Of a DNA stretch of 64,000 bases, positions 42,272-51,645 are shown in pieces (position 1 is the first letter of the stretch; every line of letters starts with the position of its first letter). Below the pieces are notes generated by a model. It made no database searches, was not told where the DNA came from, and saw only the letters and a program-made list of their open reading frames with translations. This DNA is from an uncultured delta proteobacterium. Lineage in GTDB: Bacteria > Desulfobacterota > Binatia > DP-6. A program made the position numbers and the translations under genes. The stretch is from positions 480,001-544,000 of the forward strand of contig CAWFFN010000005.1 of assembly GCA_963815115.1 (NCBI GenBank), written 5' to 3'.

Positions 42272-42540
42272 CGTCTCTTGCCCTCGTACTGGCGGCGCTC
42301 CGTAGGCGTCGCTCGGCGCGCGGAGATCAGCCGCGGACCCGCGTCCCGCCAGGTGTACGCGACCACGAGAAGCCTCCCGAGAGCGTCGGTTGCCAGGGTG
42401 ACCAAGCGCTCTTCGTCAGGATCGTCGTGCCGCACTGTGATGGCCATCTCGTCTTGGAGAGCGGTGGCGGCATCAGCGAAGTCCACCCCGTGCTTCCGGA
42501 GGTTGGCCCTCGCCTTGGCCTCATCCCACTCCACCTCCAC
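42268..42540 (-). CDS. brnT: BrnT-family toxin (cassette)
   Basis: EWDEAKARANLRKHGVDFADA...RLISARRAT..ERRQY; ATGA overlap with brnA. Confidence 0.92.
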   Translation of the reverse strand: MEVEWDEAKARANLRKHGVDFADAATALQDEMAITVRHDDPDEERLVTLATDALGRLLVVAYTWRDAGPRLISARRATPTERRQYEGKRR

Positions 42541-42585
42541 GGCGATGGACTGTATGCACAGATGTGCACCGGCCGCAACCTGGAG

Positions 42586-42675
42586 GCCTAACGGGCGGCT
42601 GGAGCGGACCGGCGGCCGGGCAGCTCGCCAGGCTCCACCGCCGGTGTCCGCCGGCCGCTCAGCCGCCTGTTAGGC
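42586..42675 (+). mobile_element. attC site 4
   Basis: GCCTAAC-GGGCG-GCTGGAGCGG...CCGCTCAGC-CGCCT-GTTAGGC. Confidence 0.88.
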
Positions 42676-42704
42676 GGCCCGATGACTATAGGTAGTCTTA
42701 CGTA

Positions 42705-42912
42705 ATGCGACCCCTTCGGTATTCCATCAACGTAACATTAGACGGGTGCTGCGATCATCGTGCGATGGTCGCGGACGAAGACTTGCATCGTCACGCGGTC
42801 GAGAACCTCGCCCAGGCCGATGCCCTCCTGTTTGGCCGGGTGACTTACGAAATGATGGAGGCAGCGTGGCGGGCGCCGGCGCGGACGGGAGCGAGGCCTG
42901 ATTGGATGGAAC
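42705..42912 (+). pseudogene. Truncated cassette gene: dihydrofolate reductase / RibD C-terminal family
   Basis: MRPLRYSINVTLDGCCDH...ALLFGRVTYEMMEAAW; the family resemblance stops after about 69 codons and no closing attC follows. Confidence 0.8.
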
Positions 42913-43312
42913 GTGCGCAACATGATCCTCGAGGACTGGACGATGTGGGGAGTGCGCTTCGAGTCCGGCTCCACCGGCAACGTCGTGAACTCCCTCTTCA
43001 CCCTCAGCCCCTACGCGACCTCGGTGGGGGGGCAAGGCCAACTCGGCGCTGCGGGTGACGTCGTCCAAGCCCGTGTTCACGGCGGGCAACGTGTACCAGG
43101 GGCGCTGCGACGAGGGCGCTCAGGGGACCGCGACCGCGCCGTACGTGGTCGCGCCCGTCACCACGCGGCCCGTTGCCGACATGACCCCGCAGGTACGGAC
43201 GCGGTCAGGCTGCCTGCCGCGCGACGGCGTGGACCAGGCATACATCGACATGAAGAGCGGCTGGAAGGTCGGCGAATCCACCCCGCTGCGCCTCTTCCCC
43301 ACCACGCCGTGA
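42913..43312 (+). pseudogene. 3' fragment of a pectate-lyase-like beta-helix gene
   Basis: VRNMILEDW...GNVVN...GNV...GCLPRDGVDQ; frames 42913 and 43055 join if one G is removed from the G7 run at 43026-43032. Confidence 0.5.
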
Positions 43313-43361
43313 CGGGGTGAGCTCGCCCCATCGCCTCCGCTGGAGGCGACCCGAACGGAAC

Positions 43362-43393
43362 ACCTGCCCCGGTCGCAGCCGACCGGGGCAGGT
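43362..43393. terminator. GC-rich hairpin between convergent genes
   Basis: Perfect 14-bp inverted repeat ACCTGCCCCGGTCG-CAGC-CGACCGGGGCAGGT, preceded by a smaller hairpin at 43331-43349; no clear poly-U tract. Confidence 0.55.
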
Positions 43394-43414
43394 CGCATTT
43401 AGGGGCCGGCATCT

Positions 43415-44410
43415 TCACGCCACTGGTGGTGGCCCTGCCCAGTGCGTGGCCAGGAAGGTCCCCTCGCTCAGGAGCGTGACCAGCCCCAGGAAGTCGGTCT
43501 CGAGCTCGACCGAGAGGGTGTCTCCTGGCGCCAGCTGCACGAGGGTGGATGTCGAGACCGTTGCGTGGCCGACGAAGAATTCTCGGGTCTGGTTCGAGGC
43601 GCGGAGCACGCCGTTCTGCAGGATGCGGATCTGGATCGCCGTCGTGAGGCCGAACTGGTCGAACGAGGCCCCGGCGTCGACCTGATAGATACCCGCGTGT
43701 TGCGCCGTCAGCACTGCGGGCGTCCCGGGGTCGAACAAGCCGTCGGTGTCGAAGTCCGTGCCCGTCCAGGTGAGGGTGATGGTCCCGTTGGGGAGCGCGG
43801 TGTCGAGCTCGCGGTCGCTTCCGACAAGGGTCCGCGCCGCCGGCACCGTGCCGGCCGCAAAGAGCGACACGCCGTCGATCGCGTTCGCGGCGAGCGACGG
43901 GGCGGGGTAGGTGCCGGTGAGCGCTCCGCCGGCCGGGCCGGTTGCAGGGCCGGGCGGGCCAGTCGCGCCCGTCAGGCCCTGCGCACCGGTCGGGCCGGCA
44001 GCGCCTACCGGTCCCGGCGCGCCGCTCGGCCCGGCGGGGCCGGTCGATCCGAGCGATCCCGTTGCACCGGTTGACCCCGTGGGCCCTTCCGGCCCGCTCG
44101 GTCCGAGCGGACCCGTGGGTCCCTCGGCGCCCGGCGCTCCGGATGGTCCTTCCGACCCGGCGGATTCCCGCGGCCCCGCGGGACCCTCCGCTCCGGGTGG
44201 CCCGACCGGTCCCGCGACACCGAGCTCCGTGGGGCTGATCACCCTCCAGCCCCTGGGACAGCGGTTCACGCGCAGCCGAACGCGGTGGTGGTGCCGACAC
44301 ATGACGACGGGCGCGGCCCCGGACTCGGGCGTGATGAGGGCGCCGCTCGCCACCGTGGCCATCGCCCATGCGAGGATGCGTGCTCCGAATCTCGTCTGTC
44401 TGACCAGCAT
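43415..44410 (-). CDS. Collagen-like protein with C-terminal C1q/TNF-like domain
   Basis: Signal-like N-terminus, about 30 Gly-X-Y triplets, [14 protein letters not shown] motif, C-terminal beta domain (AGIYQV...[10 protein letters not shown]). Confidence 0.88.
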   Translation of the reverse strand: MLVRQTRFGARILAWAMATVASGALITPESGAAPVVMCRHHHRVRLRVNRCPRGWRVISPTELGVAGPVGPPGAEGPAGPRESAGSEGPSGAPGAEGPTGPLGPSGPEGPTGSTGATGSLGSTGPAGPSGAPGPVGAAGPTGAQGLTGATGPPGPATGPAGGALTGTYPAPSLAANAIDGVSLFAAGTVPAARTLVGSDRELDTALPNGTITLTWTGTDFDTDGLFDPGTPAVLTAQHAGIYQVDAGASFDQFGLTTAIQIRILQNGVLRASNQTREFFVGHATVSTSTLVQLAPGDTLSVELETDFLGLVTLLSEGTFLATHWAGPPPVA

Positions 44411-44652
44411 GAGAGAAGTGAGGCACTCAGTCTGTTGCACGTCATGCTAGGTACGGCGAGCCGCTCAGGCTTGCCAGGGCCGCCGGGCTTCCATGTCCCG
44501 CACCGAGAGCATGCATGACACCCATCGTCCGCGGGTGCCGGCGAGGCAAAAGAAGCCGGCGCGTCGATCGCGCGCCGCATCGGAGGCACGCACGACGTCT
44601 GCGTGCAGCACGGTGGCATCGGCAGCGGACCCCTCGGAGGACCGCAGCGCCT

Positions 44653-44865
44653 TCACTTCTCCGGCCGCGCCGCGACCTTCACGGTGGAGAGGAGGAAGGT
44701 CCGCGATTGCATGTTGAGCATGCCGCGGACGATGACCTGGCTTCCCGCCGGCGCCTGCTCGAGCTGCTTCACCAGGTCCGGCGGCCCGGCGACGAGAGCG
44801 CGGGGCGCACGCGCAAGCGGAACGAGAGCGGGGAGACGGAACGCTCGGCTCGGCCGCTGGCTCAT
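44653..44865 (-). CDS. Short hypothetical ORF or gene remnant
   Basis: The C-terminal part VAGPPDLVKQLEQAPAGSQVIVRGMLNMQSRTFLLSTV looks coding; the N-terminal part does not. Confidence 0.3.
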   Translation of the reverse strand: MSQRPSRAFRLPALVPLARAPRALVAGPPDLVKQLEQAPAGSQVIVRGMLNMQSRTFLLSTVKVAARPEK

Positions 44866-44880
44866 GCTATGGCGCAGCCG

Positions 44881-45267
44881 ATGCGCCAGCCGCCGTGGAA
44901 GGCTCTCGTCGCCGAGCTGAAGGAGCGAGGACACGAGAGCCCCTATCTCGACCGCCTGCGCGCGCGTCTCGACGTCGAGCAGGCGCAGGCGTCGCTGGAG
45001 CGTGAGATCCTCCAGGAGATCGCGAGCGCGCTCGGTCGGACCGAGGCGAAGCTCAATTTCGCCCTGCTGCGGCTCGAGCTCGCCGCGCGCGACCTCGACG
45101 ACGCGCCCGGCGGTGCCGAGCGCGCCGCCTGCGGCGCGCGCTTCGAGGCCGTGCGGATGGAGGCGCTGCGGGCGCGGCACGAGCTGCTCATCCACCGCGA
45201 GGCGGTGGGCATCCGTCGCAACGACCTCCTGGAGACGCTCTATCCGATTCCTCCGCGTCGCCGCTGA
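44881..45267 (+). CDS. Hypothetical helical protein
   Basis: LEREILQEIASALGR...LLIHREAVGIR..YPIP; strong coding bias; alternative start at 44869. Confidence 0.75.
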   Translation: MRQPPWKALVAELKERGHESPYLDRLRARLDVEQAQASLEREILQEIASALGRTEAKLNFALLRLELAARDLDDAPGGAERAACGARFEAVRMEALRARHELLIHREAVGIRRNDLLETLYPIPPRRR

Positions 45268-45371
45268 CGGCACCGGCCGATGGGACCGTCCGCGTGAGGG
45301 GCGCGATCGCATCCGCTTGAGCCGGGCGGTGTCCCGGGCCTATGAACGCAAACCCGTCAGGGAGGTCTCCC

Positions 45372-46250
45372 ATGCACATCGGACTCTTCGCTCCGCTCGG
45401 CAATCCCTTTGGCACCCCGGACTACGTGCACGCGCTCGGCGCGGCAGCGGAGGAGCGCGGCTTCCAGTCCCTGTGGGTGGCCGAGCACGTCGTGCTCTTC
45501 GACGACTACGCCTCGCGCTATCCGTATGCTGCCGACGGGCGCATTCCCGCCACCGGAGAAGCGGGCTTTCTCGATCCATTCGAGTCGCTCGCCTTTCTCG
45601 CCGCGGCCACGTCGCGCATCCGCCTCGGGACGGGCATCTGCCTGGTTCCGCAGCGCAATCCCGTCTACACGGCGAAGCAGGCGGCGTCGGTCGACTGGCT
45701 GTCCGGCGGCCGCCTGGACTTCGGCGTGGGCGTCGGGTGGCTCGCCGAGGAGTTCCGCGCGCTCCAGGTGCCGTTCGATCGGCGCGGAGACCGCTGCCGG
45801 GAATATCTGGAAGTGATGCGGCGCCTGTGGTGCGATCCGGTGTCGAGCTTCGAGGGCGAGTTCTACGATCTTCCCGCGTGCCGCCAGTATCCGAAGCCGA
45901 TCCAGCAGCCCCACCCGCCGGTCCACTTCGGAGGCGAGAGCCCCGCCGCCCTGCGCCGGGTCGCCGATCTGGGACAGGGGTGGTACCCCTTCGACATCGA
46001 GCCGGCGCCGCTCGCCGCGCTTCTCGGGACGCTCGACCGGCTCCTGGCGGCGCGTGGTCGCAGCCGGCGCGACCTCCAGGTGAGCGTCTGCCCCTACTTC
46101 CGCCCGGTCGATCTGGACGCCGTGAAACGCTACCGCGACGTCGGCGTCGACCAGGTCATCCTGCTCCTGATCGCTCCCCGCGCCGAGGAGCTGCGGCGCT
46201 CGCTCGACGGCCTGGCGGAGACGATCGTCGAGCCCGCACGGAGGCTGTGA
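45372..46250 (+). CDS. LLM-class F420-dependent oxidoreductase (Rv2161c-like)
   Basis: WVAEHVV, LDPF, GVGVGWLAEEF, PKPIQQPHPP, GGESPAALRR; GGAGG RBS. Confidence 0.9.
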   Translation: MHIGLFAPLGNPFGTPDYVHALGAAAEERGFQSLWVAEHVVLFDDYASRYPYAADGRIPATGEAGFLDPFESLAFLAAATSRIRLGTGICLVPQRNPVYTAKQAASVDWLSGGRLDFGVGVGWLAEEFRALQVPFDRRGDRCREYLEVMRRLWCDPVSSFEGEFYDLPACRQYPKPIQQPHPPVHFGGESPAALRRVADLGQGWYPFDIEPAPLAALLGTLDRLLAARGRSRRDLQVSVCPYFRPVDLDAVKRYRDVGVDQVILLLIAPRAEELRRSLDGLAETIVEPARRL

Positions 46251-46253
46251 GCC

Positions 46254-46979
46254 ATGCCGCAGAACGTCCCGTCCTTCCAGTTCAGCGACGACGCCAAGCG
46301 CGTGCGCCGGCTCGTCTACGAGCACTGGTGCGAGCACGGGCGCGGTCCGAACCTGCGCACCATGCACGAGGCCACGGGCTTCTCCCGCGAGCGCATCCTG
46401 GAGATCTATCGCGAGCTCGACCTCGGTCTCGTCCTCACCCTCGATCAGACGACGAACCAGCCGGCCATCCTGAAGTGCCAGCCGTTCTCGAGCTTCCCGA
46501 CCCAGGTCGAGGTGCATCTCGACGGTCGCTTCCACTGCTGGGCGGGCTGCGCGATGGAGTCGGTGGCCATCTCCCGCATGCCGCCGTTCCAGGGACGGGA
46601 GCTGCGGCTCGAATCGTACTGCGCCTGCTGTCTCTCGCCCATCGCGCTGCTCGCGCGCGACGGCGAGATCCGCGCCGCCGGTCGGGCCGAGCCGCTGATC
46701 CACGTCAGCACGAGCCCCCGGGAGTGGAACACGGTCGACATCGTGCGCATGTGCGACAGCATGAACTTCGTGCTCGACGGCGAGCACGCCCTTGCCTACG
46801 AGCGCCAGGTCGCGCGGCGCGGTGTCCTCTTCACTCTCGCGCAGGCGCGCCGCTTCGTTGCCGGGACGGGCGACAACCGCATGCACCGCTACGACTGGGA
46901 ACCGGTGGCGCTGATCCCGTCGCGCGTGATCGCGGGCATCAAGGCGCTGGGTGTCGACGTGAGCAACTGGGGGGCGTAG
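46254..46979 (+). CDS. MerB-like (organomercurial lyase family) protein
   Basis: N-terminal wHTH-like region, PFSSFPT, WAGCAMES, SYCACC, MCDSMNF. Confidence 0.75.
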   Translation: MPQNVPSFQFSDDAKRVRRLVYEHWCEHGRGPNLRTMHEATGFSRERILEIYRELDLGLVLTLDQTTNQPAILKCQPFSSFPTQVEVHLDGRFHCWAGCAMESVAISRMPPFQGRELRLESYCACCLSPIALLARDGEIRAAGRAEPLIHVSTSPREWNTVDIVRMCDSMNFVLDGEHALAYERQVARRGVLFTLAQARRFVAGTGDNRMHRYDWEPVALIPSRVIAGIKALGVDVSNWGA

Positions 46980-46983
46980 CCGC

Positions 46984-48480
46984 GTGCGGGCCGCAGCGGC
47001 GCTGCTCCCGGTGCTTCTGACGGCCTGGGTCTACCATCCCGTCACCCGGACCTACTTCTTCGCCGACGACTTCGTCTGCTTCCTGAGCATCCTGAACGAC
47101 GGCTTCCTGCGCTTCGTGCTGCGGCCGTTCGGCGGTCACAACCTTCTCGTCCGCAACCTCGCCTTCTACGGCTCCTACCAGCTCTTCGGCATGCGGCCGG
47201 AGCCCTATTTCTGGACCGTGCTCCTCACCCACCTGGTCAACGTCTGGCTCCTCTTCCGGGTGCTGCGGAACGTGACGGATAGCCTCGCGCTGGCATGCTT
47301 CGGCGCCGCGCTCTGGGGGACGTCTCCGGCTCAGGTCGGGACGCTCGGCTGGTACTCGGTGTACGGCCAGGTGCTGGTCGCGACCATCCTGCTCGTGGTG
47401 CTCGATGGCGTGACGGCGCGCGCGCGCACCGGCACGGCCCCGTCGCTCCGCGCGGCCGCGGGCTGGTACGCGTTGCTGCTCGTCGGTACGACCTGCTTCG
47501 GTACGGGCGTCGGCATCGCGCTCGTGTTCCCGGCCGTTCTCTTCCTCGTCCTGCCGGAGGCGTGGCGGCGCCCCGGCATCCGCGCCGCCTACCTGCTGCT
47601 CCCGCTGGTCACCGTCGCCCTCTACTTCGCCTTCCGTCGCTTCTACCCGATGCTGGAGCCCTTGACCTTCAGCGAGGCGATCTCGGGCAACCTCTCCGCT
47701 CCGCGACTGCGGGGGGCCGTGCCGATGCTGCCGCCCTTGCTGGCGGTCTCGGTGGATACCGCACTGCGCGGCACCTTCCTGTCGACGGCGCACTGGCCGA
47801 CCGGCGGAACCCCGATCTTGCTCGCCGCCTTCGGCGCGGGTCTCGCCGCCCTGCTCTGGCGGGGTGATGCGGCGACCCGCCGGGTCACCTGTGCGATGTT
47901 CGCGCTCGCCATGGGGATCTACGCCGTGATCGCCATCGGCCGGGCGCCCTTCAACCGCTCGGACATCGTGATGACGTGGCTCGCCGCCCAGCTTCGCTAC
48001 CACTACGTCGGGATGATTCCGACCGTCGTCGTGGCCTGTCTCGTGCTCCGGGAACTGGGCCGGGTGGGTCCGCTGCGCCTGCTGCCCGGAACGGCGCTCC
48101 TGCTCGCCGCGCTCGCGCTCGGTGCCATCGGCTACCTGCGCTCCGACTTCCGCATCGACGATCGCGCGGACGTCCGCGGGTACCTCGCCCAGGTGCAGCG
48201 CGGGATGGCCAACGAAGTCGACGGTCGCGCGGTCGGCACCACGGTCTACCTCGAGAACGGCGACGTGTCCCCGATCCTGCTCGGACCCCTGATGGCCAGG
48301 GTCAAGCCGCTCTTCCCGGGACGCGCCGCGGTGTTCCTCCTCACCCACTCCGGCGACGAGCTCGACGGCCGACACGTCCGCTTCGTGGAGCGCGATCCCG
48401 CCGTTCTCGCGCGCATCGAGCGCTCGCCCGAGGATCCACTGGCGACCCTGCTCGTCCGCCCCGACGCGCTACCGCGGTAG
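46984..48480 (+). CDS. Polytopic membrane protein, GT-C glycosyltransferase-like
   Basis: YFFADDF after the first TM segment, HLVNVWL, many TM helices, late RY motif. Confidence 0.65.
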   Translation: MRAAAALLPVLLTAWVYHPVTRTYFFADDFVCFLSILNDGFLRFVLRPFGGHNLLVRNLAFYGSYQLFGMRPEPYFWTVLLTHLVNVWLLFRVLRNVTDSLALACFGAALWGTSPAQVGTLGWYSVYGQVLVATILLVVLDGVTARARTGTAPSLRAAAGWYALLLVGTTCFGTGVGIALVFPAVLFLVLPEAWRRPGIRAAYLLLPLVTVALYFAFRRFYPMLEPLTFSEAISGNLSAPRLRGAVPMLPPLLAVSVDTALRGTFLSTAHWPTGGTPILLAAFGAGLAALLWRGDAATRRVTCAMFALAMGIYAVIAIGRAPFNRSDIVMTWLAAQLRYHYVGMIPTVVVACLVLRELGRVGPLRLLPGTALLLAALALGAIGYLRSDFRIDDRADVRGYLAQVQRGMANEVDGRAVGTTVYLENGDVSPILLGPLMARVKPLFPGRAAVFLLTHSGDELDGRHVRFVERDPAVLARIERSPEDPLATLLVRPDALPR

Positions 48481-49656
48481 CCCGAGGATGCGCTGCGCGA
48501 TCACGTTGCGCTGGATCTCCGACGTGCCGCCCATGATGGTCTCGGATCGTGCATAGAGGAACTGGCGCGCGACGGCTCCCGCGGCGAGCGCGCTCTCGCC
48601 GTCGCGCAGGGCACCGTACGGTCCGAACAGCTCGAGCGCCAGGTCCTGGAGCCGCTGGTCGGTCTCGCTCCCCAGCACCTTCTCGAGCGAGCTTTCCGGC
48701 CCGGGATGCCCGCTGCGCAGGAGCGTGGTGAGGCTGCGATAGCCGCTCAAGCGCAGGAGCTCCACCTCGATGTGCGCCTGCGCGAGGCGCTGGCGCACGA
48801 ACGGATCCCGCAGCGCATGTGCGGCCGCCGGATGCTCGCGCAGCAGCTGCACGAGCTGCGCCAGGCTGCGGCGGATCTTGCGCTGGAAGACGAACGTCCA
48901 CATCGGGCCGCGCTCGTGCTGCACGATGCCCATGGCGATGCCCCACCCGGCGCCCGGCGCGCCGAGGAGGTTCTCTGCCGGGACGCGCACGTCCTCGAAG
49001 AAGACCTCGCAGAACTCGGCGTCGTCGGTCATCTGACGCAGCGGCCGCACCGTGATCCCCGGCGTCTTCATGTCGACCAGCAGCAGGCTCAGGCCCTTGT
49101 GCTTCGGCCCGTCGGCCTCCGTGCGACAGAGCAGGAAGCAGCGGTCGGCGATGTCGGCGTGGCTGGTCCACACCTTCTGCCCGTCGACGACGTACTCGTC
49201 GCCGCGCCGCTCGGCCCGGGTGCGCAGGCTCGCCAGATCGGACCCCGCGCCCGGCTCCGAGAAGCCCTGGCACCACAGCTCGTCGCCGTTGACCATCGGC
49301 GTGAGGTAGCGACGCTGCTGCGCGGGCGTTCCGTGCGCGAGCAGCGCGGGCCCGATGAGATCGACGTAGGACTGTGCCGGCGGTCGCGGCGCGCCGACCT
49401 GGTCGAGCGCCTGGTCGAAGAACCAGCGCTCCACGACGGTGGCGCCCCGGCCGCCTTGCTCGCGCGGCCAGGAGATCGCCGCCCAGCCGCCGTCGAAGAG
49501 CCGGCGCTGCCAGTCGCGCGCGATCGCGAGCCACATCGGATCCTCGACACGCGTCCAGCAGTGATCGCGGCGCCACGCGGCGGGCAGGCTGCCCTCCAGC
49601 CAGGCACGCGCCTCCTCCGCGAAGGCGAGCTCGGCGGGCGAGAAGGAGAAGTCCAT
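48469..49656 (-). CDS. Acyl-CoA dehydrogenase (FadE-type)
   Basis: WCQGFSEPGAGSDLASLRT, GQKVWTS, EVFFEDV, TIMGGTSEIQRN. Confidence 0.95.
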   Translation of the reverse strand: MDFSFSPAELAFAEEARAWLEGSLPAAWRRDHCWTRVEDPMWLAIARDWQRRLFDGGWAAISWPREQGGRGATVVERWFFDQALDQVGAPRPPAQSYVDLIGPALLAHGTPAQQRRYLTPMVNGDELWCQGFSEPGAGSDLASLRTRAERRGDEYVVDGQKVWTSHADIADRCFLLCRTEADGPKHKGLSLLLVDMKTPGITVRPLRQMTDDAEFCEVFFEDVRVPAENLLGAPGAGWGIAMGIVQHERGPMWTFVFQRKIRRSLAQLVQLLREHPAAAHALRDPFVRQRLAQAHIEVELLRLSGYRSLTTLLRSGHPGPESSLEKVLGSETDQRLQDLALELFGPYGALRDGESALAAGAVARQFLYARSETIMGGTSEIQRNVIAQRILGLPR

Positions 49657-49706
49657 CGCGGCGGCGAAGCCTAGCAGACGCCGGTGCCGGTTGGTAAGGG
49701 CAAGAC

Positions 49707-50435
49707 ATGCCGAATCCGTCGCTCTACCTCCACGAGCTGATCGACATCGTCGGCACCGGATCGGAAGCCTACAAGGCGCACACCGGCCGCCTGGGCACCG
49801 CGCGCCGCGACGGCGGCGCGCCGCTCGTCGGCACCTGGCAGCAGAGCGGCTCGACCGGTGCATGGCCCGTGGTGGTCAACCTGTGGGAGATGCGCGGCTG
49901 GGATCACTGGACGGAGATCCTGGAGCGGCAGTACACGCGCCGCTCGGGGCAAGCGCCGCAGCTCAAGCGCTGGTGGACCGAGGCCACGAAGTATCGCTCG
50001 GGCGGCTTCGATCGCATCCTGGAGCCGGCGACGTTCTGTCCCACGCGCGCCGAGCTGATCCGACGCGGCGTACGCGGCATGGCCTGCCTGCAGGAGATCG
50101 CGACCCTGAAGCCCGGCACGGCGGAGCAATACCTCGATGCCATTGCGACCCACTGGCTCGCCGTCGCCGCGCGCCGTGGCCTGACGCTCGTCGGCGCCTA
50201 CCGCACGGCCATGCGCGACAACGAGGCGGTGGTGCTGTGGAGCCTGCCGTCCTTCGGCGCTCTCACCGGGCACCTCGGCACGCTGGACGACGACCCGGCG
50301 GTCCGCTCGTGGCGGGAGCGCGCACGCACATGGCGGGTCGACTACCGGGAAACGCTGCTCGTGCCGAGCATCTGGTGCGTGACCCACCCGGACTGGCGGG
50401 AATCGGGCCGGCCGAGGCGGACTGCGCGGCGCTGA
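49707..50435 (+). CDS. NIPSNAP-like dimeric alpha-beta barrel protein
   Basis: LYLHELIDI...GSTGAWPVVVNLWE...GGFDRIL; two repeated ferredoxin-like halves. Confidence 0.7.
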   Translation: MPNPSLYLHELIDIVGTGSEAYKAHTGRLGTARRDGGAPLVGTWQQSGSTGAWPVVVNLWEMRGWDHWTEILERQYTRRSGQAPQLKRWWTEATKYRSGGFDRILEPATFCPTRAELIRRGVRGMACLQEIATLKPGTAEQYLDAIATHWLAVAARRGLTLVGAYRTAMRDNEAVVLWSLPSFGALTGHLGTLDDDPAVRSWRERARTWRVDYRETLLVPSIWCVTHPDWRESGRPRRTARR

Positions 50436-50509
50436 GGCCCGACGCCGGCACCGAGGAGCTCTGGGGCCGCCGTGATCCGTCGAGCGACCCCGGACGCCGC
50501 CGGGCCTGC

Positions 50510-51397
50510 TCAGCGCCGCAAGAGGAAGCGGAACCGGCTGAGCTTTCCCGACGTCGTCAGGTCGGCGTTCAGCGGAGTCACGCTCGCAAAGCCGTTCACC
50601 ATCGCCTCGACGTCGGTCGTCGGGCTCGCGAGCGTCGACGAGCAATCGCTCCCGAGCACGTTGAGCGGCGGGATGGTCGGCGCGAACGTCTGCGTGGCTC
50701 CCATCGAGCCGGTGAGGGTGTAGCCCGTCACCCGGCTCGCACGGCCGAGCGGCACCAGTCGGATGCCACGAGTGGCCCCGGCGGTGCAGGTCGGGAAGTT
50801 GACGTTCACCACCAGCGCCTGACGGAGACCGAAGCGCGTGGTGAGCTTGGCGCGGAACCCGCGGCTCACGCGGAAGCGTTCCACCAGCCGTCCCACGTAG
50901 CGTGCGGCCTCGCCGTAGGAGATGCTGGCACCGATCCCCTGGCTCACGGCGATGGCGGGGATGCCGAGACGCGCCGCGGTCAGCCCGGCCCCGACGGTGC
51001 CCGAGAGGGTCACCAGGTCGCCGATGTTCTGACCGAAGTTGATGCCGGAGACGACCAGATCGGGACGCGGCGACAGTGCCTGGAGCACGCCGAACAGCAC
51101 GGTGTCGGCCGGGAATCCGGCGATCGCGGTGGCGGGGAAGGCACCCGCCGTCGACGACGGTGTCGCCGTGATCGCGGTCGTGGTGAACCTGTCGCCGGTC
51201 CCGCTCTGGTTCGTCGCCGGCGCGATGACGGTCACCACGAGATTCGGGTTCGCGACGAGCTCGCGAACCAGCGCATCGATGCCGGGCGCCTTCACGCCGT
51301 CGTCGTTGGTCACGAGAACGCGCAGCGGCCCGGGGGCGGCCGCGGCGAGGCTGGCGCACAGCGCGACGAGGGCGAATGCACTGGCACGAATTCGCAT
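50510..51397 (-). CDS. surE: 5'/3'-nucleotidase SurE with a signal peptide
   Basis: VLVTNDDG, APATNQSG, GFPAD, DLVVSGINFGQN, SGTVGA, NVNFP, SVTPL. Confidence 0.92.
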   Translation of the reverse strand: MRIRASAFALVALCASLAAAAPGPLRVLVTNDDGVKAPGIDALVRELVANPNLVVTVIAPATNQSGTGDRFTTTAITATPSSTAGAFPATAIAGFPADTVLFGVLQALSPRPDLVVSGINFGQNIGDLVTLSGTVGAGLTAARLGIPAIAVSQGIGASISYGEAARYVGRLVERFRVSRGFRAKLTTRFGLRQALVVNVNFPTCTAGATRGIRLVPLGRASRVTGYTLTGSMGATQTFAPTIPPLNVLGSDCSSTLASPTTDVEAMVNGFASVTPLNADLTTSGKLSRFRFLLRR

Positions 51398-51645
51398 GCC
51401 ACCGTTCTCCCGTATCCGGGTCCCCGCGTGCAACGAGGACGAACGCAAGAGACGAGGTCGGCGAGGAAGCGGTCGTGGGCCACCCGAGGATTCGGGGGGT
51501 TGCACCACCTGCCGACCTCGGCATCGACCTCTCCCGGCTGTCACGTTCAAGGTCGGTGGTTCCACGGCGAAAATGGGATGTGCTAAGCCGTTGAGCATCG
51601 ATGCGTGAACACGGGAGCCAGGTCGCAGGCGGAAGGGATGATCTC

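Noticed and set aside
40929-42675. Recurring related palindromic elements as a CRISPR array or REP family
   Set aside because: They differ in length, are separated by whole genes, carry RYYYAAC/GTTRRRY-like ends and follow an integron integrase; no cas genes are present.
42705-42912. Trimethoprim-resistance dfr cassette
   Set aside because: The sequence fits the RibD C-terminal/DHFR-like family rather than DfrA or DfrB, and it is truncated.
43940-44220. Low-complexity GC-rich tandem-like repeats
   Set aside because: Explained by the Gly-X-Y collagen coding sequence on the minus strand.
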